A DNA stretch of 59,681 bases, counting the filler, from Dirinaria sp. TL-2023a (Eukaryota): NCBI GenBank assembly GCA_051941275.1. It is 11 parts of 11 records of this genome, joined end to end, with 100 filler letters (N's around TTAATTAATTAA, not from the genome) between each part and the next. Parts side by side here need not be neighbours in the genome. Positions count along the whole stretch, not along the records: positions 48,971 to 54,276 come from JAVEBF010001687.1; positions 54,377 to 59,681 come from JAVEBF010001688.1; 9 more parts are not named here. The stretch is one strand, 5' to 3'. The notes below the pieces were generated by a model. It had not been told where the DNA came from and searched no databases. It saw only the letters and a program-made list of their open reading frames with translations. Numbering within the stretch: the stretch's first letter is position 1; the number at the start of each line of letters is the position of its first letter. The translations under genes and the position numbers were made by a program. Of the stretch, positions 49,499 through 59,681 are shown in pieces.

Positions 49499-52035
49499 AT
49501 GTTCATGTTACGCAACGGTGCGTTGATTCTGTGCCAAAAGCCTCCAAAATGACGTATTTCAGTAGTCCATGCTAATATTCATAATTTTGCAGTCACAAAA
49601 TACTTGTTCGGCGACACCTCAAAGGAGTCAATAGTAGAGATCCCGCAAGGACAGCTTTATCTCGTCCGCCCGCTCTCGCCCAAGGGTTACTCCGAGCTCA
49701 TTTTCAAGGATGCTGCCGCTACCATAAGAAGGACAGGGCAGGAATTCCAATACCAGCTGGTGGTGCAGAGAGCATATGAGGAAGGCGAAGAGGAGCTTCT
49801 AGCGGATGAGGATGGTGAAGATGGGCTCTCGGAAAGCCTGGGGGCCGAAAAGGACGAGAAGACGTTCCTGCTGGATGAGAGCCTACATTTCCGGTCTGAG
49901 ATAAGAGAAGGAGGGGAGAAAGTCCTGGCCTGGAGAGACTTGAGCGGGGATGCTGGCGACCTATACGAGTTCGTCTGTGACAGCAGCGTTCAGCCTGGTG
50001 AGGTGGGGACGTTCGAAATGGTCGCAATCAAGTGCCAATACGAGCGGAAATTCCGGAAACATCAAGAGGCTGCTACCGAGGCGGATCTACAGGAATTCAA
50101 CTTCACAGAACAGCCGATACCGAGCGCTAGTCCCATGGCGACCCAGAATGTGAAGTCGACTATTACAGGCTCATCTCCACAGTCCAAGAAGTTCACCGAT
50201 AGGCAGAACGCCGAGCTCGCAACGAAAGCAAAGTCAGGCAAGATGAAACCATCAGTTCAAGAAAGGGAACAGACCCCAACCGAGGCGCCGAAAGCAACAG
50301 TACATCCGGTTGGAACCGCCGTCCTGGCAAAGGAGAGAGCTGAACTACACCTCTTCGACTTTCAGTCTGGTACCTTCATCTTACAGGATTCCAACGTAGT
50401 CGCCACGGTTTCGGAAGTAGGCCAATGGCAATACTGGTTGCAGATAATGAGCAGCGAGAAGGATTGGCTGGGGCAACCTGTCGTGGCGGACATCAATCCC
50501 GTCTTCAATTTCGAATACCTATCATTTATCTTCAATCACTACACGGATGACGGCTCCGCATATTCGTGGCTTCTGCGATTCAAGGACCAGGAAACGGAGG
50601 AACGCTTCCAGGAGGGTTTGATGCAGGCGCTGTGGGAGCAGCTTAACGAGACCAAATGGAAGAAGACAGACAAGGATGACCAGCAATATGTTCTCGACGC
50701 CTTCCAAGACTTGACCATGGAGGATGCACCTGAGGAAGAAGAGGATGAAGCAGACGAGGAAGCCAAGGACGACGGCCAAAGAAGCGAGCATTACGATTCT
50801 GATGAGTCTGAAGATGATGTCGTCGTTCGAGACGAGGACGGGAATGTCAACTCCCAGCTCGCAGTTGGTTACAAGCATGATAGGTCGTTCGTGGTACGAG
50901 GATCGAAGATCGGTGTCTTCAAGCATACTCCAAACAACAACCTCGAATTCTCAACCAACATTTCCAAGGTTGAGACACCGGGAGGCAAGCTCTTCAGTCC
51001 TAAGAAAGTCATGTTACATCAAGAAGACTCCAATATGATCCTTCAAAACGAGAACGATCCTCATTCGCTGTACCGTATGGACCTAGAGTATGGCAAAGTG
51101 GTAGACGAATGGAAGGTCCACGATGATGTTCCCGTCAAAAATTTCGCACCGTCCGAGGTAAGCCAGTCCTTCCGAGACGGGATACGCACCACACTAACCA
51201 GTGACAGAAATTCGCCCAAATGACCAGCGAACAGACATTTCTCGGCATATCGAACAACGCACTCTATCGCGTTGACCCCCGCCTCTCTGGCAATAAGATG
51301 GTCGACTCCGAATGCAAACAATATACTGGCAAAAACGACTTCTCTGTTGCAGCAACTACCGAGAAGGGCTACATAGCTGTCGCTTCCAACAAAGGTGACA
51401 TTCGCCTCTTTGACCGCTTAGGTATCCGCGCAAAGACTCAGATACCAGCTCTGGGCGAACCAATCATTGGTCTCGACGTCTCCGCCGATGGGCACTGGGT
51501 CCTCGCCACATGCCGTACTTACCTGTTGCTCATTGATGCTCTTCAGCACGGTGGCAAGAATGAAGGCAAATCAGGCTTCGAACGAAGCTTTGCCAAAGAC
51601 AGCAAACCACAGCCGCGGCGCCTTGGCCTTTCACCGAGCCATGTCGCGCAGTTCCAGTACGAGACGAAAGCGCCGCTCTTGTTCACGCCGGCGCGCTTCA
51701 ACACCGGCGTTGATGATAAGGAGAGCTCCATCATCACCGCCACGGGACCTTTCATCGTGACCTGGAACATGAAGCGGGTGCTCGCCAACCGCAAAGACCC
51801 TTACACAATCAAGCGCTACGAAGAGGAGGTCAAGGCGGACGACTTCAAATACGGGACCGATAAGAACGTGATCGTCGCCCTGCCCAATGAGGTCAACATG
51901 GTCGCCAAGCAAACGTTCAAGAGGCCCACTCGCGAGAGCATTGCCGGGTCCAGTAGGCTTAGTGGAGGTGGGAGGGCAAGTGGACGCCGAAGCGGTAGGC
52001 TAGCAAGAGGTAGCATTGTGGAGGAGGCTTATTAA
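49499..52035 (+). CDS. VID27: Vacuolar import and degradation protein Vid27; introns 49518-49592 and 51158-51207
   Basis: IPQGQLYLVRPLSPKGYSELIF, PH-like region, NSQLAVGYKHDRSFVVRG, beta-propeller C-terminus. Confidence 0.93.
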
Positions 52036-52788
52036 GTCACTCAACAACGGGTGGTACAGGTGGAGGATGAAGCTACCAAGATGCTCCGGCAGCTGGCGTT
52101 CTGGCTGATTCTGACTATTATGATATCCCAACGGCAGTGTCGGCTTTCAGAACGCGCATCAGATACTTGTTACAGAAATAATGCAGTTATGCATTTATGA
52201 ACTTTGGTCTATGGCATGGTTGCGTGGGAAGCCCGTCCTGTACCGGTGGTATCCCCAATTCCTAGAGCGGGAGCGGTGGGTATATTGTCATGAAGAAATC
52301 TGTGATATCCTTTTCTAAGTTTCCGCCAGTTCAGAAACAACTGGGTTGGGCATTTCTGGTGAGTCTGCACCACTGTCATTATTGTAGAAACATTATTGCT
52401 GGATAAGGCAGAGGCAAGATACATGACGCTGAAAGCTCCCTCCCGTCCAGTATGGACAAGGGGCCATTAGGGAGTAAAGTACAAGTGCCTTAGCAGCATT
52501 GCTCCCAAAAGGGGAAAAGCCGGTCGAGGCGCTGACTAAGTACATTAGTTGTAGCGCGGCAGCTCGGTAGATGCCGTGCGGCTCCCAGGGACAAAAGTCG
52601 GCGAGGTCGGTTCGTCGGTTATTAGTCGGTTATTATTCGGAGGCTTCAAACGTCACTCTTCATGTATCTCCAAAACACCCCAGTCTGCTAGAAACCCACT
52701 TGGAAACCGGCTATCTCTATCTCTGCCTATCTTATGTCGCCATAGATCCAGTTATATTAAGATAATACATGCGAATCCAATCTCTCCA

Positions 52789-53928
52789 ATGACGTCCACG
52801 CCTGAATCTCCCGCACCCTCAACCCACAACAGCACATCCTCCTACCTCTCCTACCCAGTAACGCACGTCGTCTCGGGCCTGTACCGGCGCCTGACCGATC
52901 CTCCAGCATCGACGAAACCTGCACCGAACCCATCCTCCTCCTCCTCCTCCTCCAACCGGCCCGCGCCGCTGGACACGCACAATGGCGTCTACACCCCTCC
53001 TCACCGGACCGCCTCGCCCTTCCAACCTCCACCGCTGACTCCGCTCTCGCTGGCCGGCGTCCCGAAAGGCATGCCTCCGTCGGCGCAGATCCTGTCCGCG
53101 GCGCTGGCGGAGGAGATCCGGTTGCTGGTGCCGCCGCGGCTGCAGTTGGCCGAGACGTGGCGGCTGGTGTACAGCCTGGAGGAGGACGGCGTGAGTCTGG
53201 CGACGCTGTACAACAAATGCGGCGCGGGCTCGCTTCCGAAACGGAGTTCCTTTGTCCTTGCGGTGCGAGATGCTGCTGGTGGCGTAAGTACCTCCCTTCC
53301 TTTCCTTTTCCTTAATCCTTATCCCATGCCAAAATCGCGGGCCGCTCGAAATGCTTGCTCGCTTGCTTTGCTTCCTTCGCCCAAAATCTGACACAAACGA
53401 AACGTGTCAAAACAGATCTTCGGCGCCTACCTCACCGACGCCCCGCACCCCTCCGCCTCCTTCTACGGCACAGGCGAATGCTTCCTCTGGCGCGCCTCCG
53501 TGCTGCCCTCCTCCGCCATCCTCGCAAACCTGCCGCCCCCACCATCAGCCTCGGACTCCGACACCCTGGGCCGCAGCACCACGATCCTTTCCCCCACCAC
53601 CACCCATCCTACCACTTCATCATCATCATCTTCACACCTGCATCCGCACCAAAGCCGCGATACCTCGCCCTCGAGAGGAAGCGGCGCTACGACTCCAGAT
53701 CGCATCCGCTTCAAGGCATTCCCGTACAGCGGGGTCAATGATTATTTGATTTTCTGCGAGCATGGGTTTTTGAGTGTCGGCGGCGGGGATGGCAGGTACG
53801 GGTTGTGGCTGGACGGGGTGCTGGAGAGGGGCGTCAGTAGCCCGTGCATGACGTTCGGGAATGAAGGGTTGAGTGAGAAAGGGGAGAAGTTCGAGGTTGT
53901 TGGTGTTGAGGTCTGGTGTATCGCTTAG
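52789..53928 (+). CDS. OXR1: Oxidation resistance protein 1 (TLDc domain); intron 53284-53415
   Basis: LAEEIRLLVPPRLQL, WRLVYSLEEDGVSLATLY, FYGTGECFLW, SVGGGDGRYGLWLD, CMTFGNEGLS. Confidence 0.93.
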
Positions 53929-54526
53929 TTTAGTTTTTGGGGGGGAAAAAAGAAAAATTTGTGTGCAACGCACCCTTCTTCTACTTCTAATCCTTTTGTG
54001 CCGATCAAAGTATTACCTGAAAAATACATTTAGAAGCGGTCTTTTTCTCCCCCCCCTCTTCCCACCTTCCTTCCTTCAAGCTACCATACCTTCCCTATTT
54101 TACACGTAAGTCCCTTCCCTTCCCTTCCCTTCCCTTGGTACTCATCTTGCTACATGTTCTTTCAAACAGACCTTTTCCCCCACAATTCAAGGGTATGGGC
54201 ATGGGTATAAGCATGGTACATACTTCAGCCAAGCTCGTTCTATTTTTGTTTTCTTCTTTTTTTTTTTTTTTTTTTTNNNNNNNNNNNNNNNNNNNNNNNN
54301 NNNNNNNNNNNNNNNNNNNNTTAATTAATTAANNNNNNNNNNNNNNNNNNNNNNNNNNNNNNNNNNNNNNNNNNNNAGTGAAGATTGATTCTTCGCGCGC
54401 AAAAAAAAGCCTCTCTCTCATAAATTCGTAGTAGTCATCGTCTCACATCTCACTTCTTCCTTTACATCCATCCATTCCCCCCATTTTAGAATAGATGAGT
54501 AAAACGTGAGTTGCAACGAATCAAAT

Positions 54527-57500
54527 TCAGTAAACATAATGCGCCTGAGTCAAAGGCAACCGGGTCGCCGGCTCCGCTTTGCAGACCATTCCGTCTGCTT
54601 CTACGACCTGCGATATGGACATAGTGGAATTTGGGGTTAGTCATGCTCTGTATGTATTATATTTTCTCCAGCAGCAGACCTAAAAAAAAAAAAAAAAAAA
54701 AAAAAAGGGGGAAAACCCGAGAAAAGGAAAAGAAATCTCACTCACATAAGTTTCCGGGTCGACTTTCATTTTCGGCATGACGTCGTTGTATTTCATGTCC
54801 CTTTTGCCGATGTTGCGGCAGTTTTTCACGGCCTCGATGCGTTTCCGGAGATTGTAGGTCGCGATGGTGCCGGATTCGATGGAGGCTTGGGAGACGAATG
54901 TTAGGGATGTGTTGGGGACGAAGGCCTGTAGGAGGATTAATGGGATTAGGTATTTTGATTTTCCGTTTTCTTTATATTTCTCTTTTTTAGATCTACGGGC
55001 GTGAGGGTATGGTATAGGTTGGGTGGGAGCTTTTGATACGTACCCCAAACATAGGACGCATGATAACCGGCTCGACGGTTGGAATGGATGCGTTTGGATC
55101 TCCCTATCAGGACGTGAGCGAATATCTGGGAGGACCCCTCCTCAGGGATGGCTTACCATCTGCGCGTAGGAGATCATTCCACTCTTGATGACCATCTTTG
55201 GTTTGGTTCCAAAACTCACCGGGGTCCACATGACTAGGTCTGCGAGCTTACCAACTTCAACGCTGCCAAGGACGTGGCTCATGCCCTGAGCGATGGCGGG
55301 ATTGATTGTATATTTGCTGATGTATCGCTTGACGCGGAAGTTATCGGCCCCTGTACCTTCATCCTCCTTCAGTGTACCTCTCTGTAGCTTGTTCTTGTGA
55401 GCCGTGTTCCACGTGCGAAGGATGACTTCGCCACAACGACCCATGGCTTGAGAGTCGGAAGACATCATGCTGATAGCGCCCAGATCGTGTAGGACATCTT
55501 CGGCAGCGATTGTTTCGGCGCGAATCCGCGACTCTGCAAACGCCACATCTTCGGGGATGTCCTTTGTCAGATGGTGACAGACCATGAGCATGTCAAGATG
55601 CTCGTCCAGTGTATTGTGCGTGTACGGTCTAGTTGGGTTGGTGCTGCTGGGAAGAACATTGCCGTGCTCCACTACGGAAATAATATCAGGGGCGTGCCCA
55701 CCTCCAGCTCCTTCGGTGTGATAAGTGTGGATAGTCCGATCCTTGAATGCTTTGATCGTCTGCTCAACGAAGCCTGATTCATTCAGCGTGTCTGTGTGGA
55801 TAAGGCACTGAACGTCATACTCATCACAGACGTCAAGACATGTATCTATAGCTGTGGGAGTAGTGCCCCAGTCCTCATGCAACTTCAACCCGGCCGCACC
55901 CGCCATGCACTGTTCTTGCAACGCTCGTGCATCTGAATCGTTGCCTTTCCCAGTGATGCCAAAGTTGATGGGAAGCTCGTCACAGGCTTGGAGCATCTGG
56001 CGCAAGTGTGTTTTCCCAGGCGTGCAGGTTGTGGCACTCGTCCCTGCGCTTGGGCCTGTGCCTCCTCCGAGCATGGTGGTGATGCCCGCCGCAACTGCCT
56101 CGTACACTTGTTGTGGGCATATGAAATGAATGTGCGAATCTAAACCCCCAGCTGTGACAATGAGACCTTCCCCCGCGATAACATCCGTGCACGATCCAAC
56201 CACCATTGCCGGGTCCACGCCATCCATGGTATCCGGGTTTCCAGCCTTGCCGATGCCGACAATGACCCCGTTCTTGATGCCAATATCAGCCTTCAGTATA
56301 CCGCTCCAATCAACAATAAGGGCGTTGGTGATAAGTGTATCTAAAGACTCAGCGTCAGGTCGGCCACTGGCTTGACCCATTCCCTCTCTCAACGTTTTGC
56401 CTCCACCAAATTTACATTCGTCTCCGTAGCCCGTAAGATCTTTTTCCACTTTGATCCACAAGTCTGTTGAGCCTAAGCGGACCACATCCCCTGCAGTAGG
56501 ACCAAACATGCCGCAGTAAGCCTCTCGAGTCATTGAGAATGGCTCAAAAGAGGAAGTATCTGCTGCCGGATCAACTTTGTCTGCAAACCCTCCTTCTTGC
56601 AGCCTTTTCCGAATTTCCTCGACTCTTGAGAGATCGATGGGTCCCGAAGCAATGCCATTGCCTCCGCTGATTATCTTCCTTCCACCAATTTCTACTATAG
56701 TCACGGTTTTAGTGTCACCAGGCTCAAAGCGTACCGACGTGCCTGCTGCAATGTCCAGGAAGTAACCGTATGATTTGAGGCGATCAAATTCAAGCTGAGG
56801 ATTAGCTTCGATCAGGTGGTAGTGAGAGCCTATCTACAGCCTATATAAGCTGATCATTTCAGGAAGTTTGCTTGGTGGCTTGCGCACCTGTACTGGTCGA
56901 TCTCCTTTGCTCGTGACTTTAAGTTTCAGGCGCTTTCTACCTTCATGAAGCGTGATCTTCCCCTCGACGGTTTTCACCGCTCCAGACATCTTCATTTTAT
57001 CGTACTCTGAGGGATCGGGCAGGGGAAAGAGATCTTTCGACGGAATTGGGAGAAAGCTGCTGTAGAGGGCTTTTTCCAAATCGCCATCCTCCGAACCAAT
57101 GGGATGGTGGACTGTGACCAGGTATGTACCGCTAGGGAAGGTGCCCTCGACCATGAGCTCGGTGAATGACGACAGTACTGAGGGAAGGACATGGCGTCTC
57201 CCCAACATGGTCTTGCCAATTGACATGAGGTCGGCAACCGAATGGTTGCCATCGCGGATGAGCTGACCCCGGACTCAGCATTTGGTGCTCAGCATTTGAT
57301 GCTGCGCTACATCTTCAGACGTACTTCATGTAGGACGTGGGAGATCAGCGCCTGGTGGAAATGTCAATCTCTGCTATATAGAGGTTGAGACCGCTCTTAC
57401 GATAGCCTCGGCATGGTTTAGCTTGACTCCACGAGCCAAGCGGCGCTGTGCTAGCAGGCCAAATTGCGATATCACGAGCTTGTCGAGCTGGCCAGGTTTC

Positions 57501-57557
57501 AGCAAAGCCTTTGACGCTTCCAGGAGCTCATGGTACCTCTTTTGCAACGAGATGCAT
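54527..57557 (-). CDS. URE1: Urease (single-chain fungal type), multi-exon
   Basis: [70 protein letters not shown]; canonical introns. Confidence 0.97.
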
Positions 57558-58187
57558 TGTGATGAAAGCTTACATGCGGTCTGGTGACTCTCAGGGAGGG
57601 ATGACACAATAATTCAGCCCAATTAGCTCTCGTACTCCGTACCAGCGAAAAGTTGGATCTCCTGCATTGTCCCGAAAGGAGGAACTGGGCTGCAAGAAAG
57701 GTCAATGGGCCGACTCGACTGCTACCGTACAGCTGGACGAGGGGGAGGGGTACGAGACTCTCGGTACTGGACGAGGGGCCGAGGGAAAGCCGTGCCGAGG
57801 AGCATTAGTACGTGCCAAGGCCGATCCCAAGCAACTCAAAGCGAGAAACAGCAAAGAGAACGTAAAGTACTTTATTCTCCTCCACTTGGGCATATAGAAA
57901 CCCTTCGGAAGTCAGGATGCATTGCCAAGAGTGTACTGTGTCGAGCATGACAACTTGATAATTACTAAGGTATTTAAGTGTAAAGAAATACAGGCATGCA
58001 TCAGTACCTACAGGGAGGTACCCCAACTAAAAGGCCTCCGCTTGGCTATCCTCCGTTTGATACAGACCGACGTCCCGGTAACAGGGCATAAGGTCCCCAT
58101 ATCCACACTACCTTACGCCCAAAACACGCCCAGACTGTTTACAAAGGGCCCTCTGTTGCGTGTTGAAGTCTCATGCATGCGCTACGC

Positions 58188-59611
58188 TTAGTCATCCACC
58201 GCTTCACTCTTGCGCTTCTTCCTGGTTTTCTTGGGCTTCTCTTGAGTGGTCGACTTCGGCGGCGAGCTTGCTGCTGCGACGGCAGGGGCAGATTTAGCCT
58301 CGGCCTCCTGTACGGCTTTGCTGTCCTTCTTCTTCGAACCCTTCTTCTTTTTCTCCACCTCCGGCGACTTGTTGGCGGTGGGGCTTGCAGTGGGCTCTGC
58401 TTCCTTGGCTGGAGTTGGTTTGACCGGGGATGGTTTCTTCTCGGCGGCAGCACCTTTACGGCGTTTGCTTGCACGTGGGGGTGATTTTGGCGGCGATGGC
58501 TCTTTCGCGGGCTCCGGGGACTCGTCTTCGGACGACGACGTGTCGCTGCTAGTATCACTCCCGTCGGAAGCCTCAGTTGGGCCGCCCACATCCAAAGGAG
58601 CTTCGGACTTGATCTCCCCCCTCTTCTTCATCTCCTCAAGCAACTCCTTGGCCTCTGCCTCACTGATCTCTGGAATGGGCCTACCGGCCTTATATTCCTT
58701 CATTTTGGCTTTGTAGGCGGCGAAGTTGACCTGATATCGGTCGCTCCAGCCCTATATGAATACCAGTCATCAAGCCGTCACTGCTCGCAGAGTGTCTATA
58801 TCTACTTACCTGTTTTTCTTTCGGCGGCATAGTCAACCAACGCTTCGTGCCCTCGTCGGCCACTTCCTTCGCGGTGTGGCCCGGTGTCATTTCTTTCGCA
58901 ATTTCTCCGCGTGCAGTCTTCATATATAAGAAGTAAGGCGTCACGGGTCGCTTGGGTGCGTTCTTGTCATGCGGGGCCCTCTTCCTCTTCTTGTTCTCTC
59001 CTCCTTCGACGTTCGGCGCTGGTGTGGCCGCGCGGTTGCCAAAGATGGCATTCTCACCTCCAAGGGGCACAGCAAGATTTAGTAGCTCCAAGGACGAGCC
59101 TGGAGTCTTGCCGATGACAGTGTTGGTGTGCGCGATGTAGGCGCGTGATAGATCTTGGACTGCGGACTGTAATGTTGCAAGGCCTGTGACAACCTTAGGA
59201 AGGCATGTTAGCTGATCATGTTCCCACTCTTGCGCGCCAAGAACGATGTTGCGAGCGAGCTGAAATGTGAGCTCCAGAATGTTCTGAAAAGGGACAGTGA
59301 GGAGTGACGCTGATTGCAGAGCTTGCGCGTATTGATCACGCGTCATTGGTTGCTGTGCCATTGTGAAAGAATCATTGAGCAACGCGATATTCAGATGTTC
59401 GAGAAGGACTGAGGACTGAGCCACTGGTGACATGATGATGAAGGTGTTGTTGTTGACGCGTTGAGGAGGTCGCGACAACACGAGATAGGAGTGAGATGAA
59501 AGGAATGAGAAACCAACTTACCGAGTCTCTAGTGCGGACGAAGTCTTCGATACTGACCTGAAGACTGGCTGAATCGGCAGGTTTGTCATCTGTTTTTTTT
59601 GGCCGGGCCAT
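58188..59611 (-). CDS. HMG-box chromatin protein (Hmo1-like) with Lys-rich tail; introns 59521-59194 and ~58809-58752
   Basis: KKRKRAPHDKNAPKRPVTPYFLY..KRW..M..EKQ|GWSDRYQ..Y; basic C-terminal tail. Confidence 0.85.
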
Positions 59612-59681
59612 GATGATAATTTTACAATTGCGCAAACGAGACGCCTGGTTGATTGTGGATGTACAATAATTGTGGTTGCCC

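Overview
Eukaryotic fungal DNA (Pezizomycotina; a lichen-forming Lecanoromycete-like species is an inference from gene style). It is not one locus: it is 11 separate ~5.3 kb contigs, sorted by decreasing length (5360 to 5305 bp) and joined by 100-bp N44-TTAATTAATTAA-N44 spacers. Recognisable genes: complex I 51 kDa subunit, PEX6 (N-terminal part), STN1, TFB6-like, an MCT-type MFS transporter, APD1-like ferredoxin, CBM1-GH45 endoglucanase, uS17m exon 1, VID27, OXR1, urease and an HMG-box protein. There are also several orphan or secreted proteins and a pRiA4b-ORF3 gene with one in-frame stop. One contig is a decayed chromovirus (Ty3/Gypsy) carrying a nested ~509-bp TRIM with a perfect 5-bp TSD. 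Most interesting: (1) a duplicated, structured 95-nt RNA gene I cannot assign to a known family, with U6-like Pol III architecture (internal A box, T-run, downstream tRNA-derived B box) and small solo LTRs just upstream; a second Pol III-type candidate lies on another contig; (2) RIP-like hypermutation whose preferred target is CpC rather than CpA, read directly from paired LTRs.
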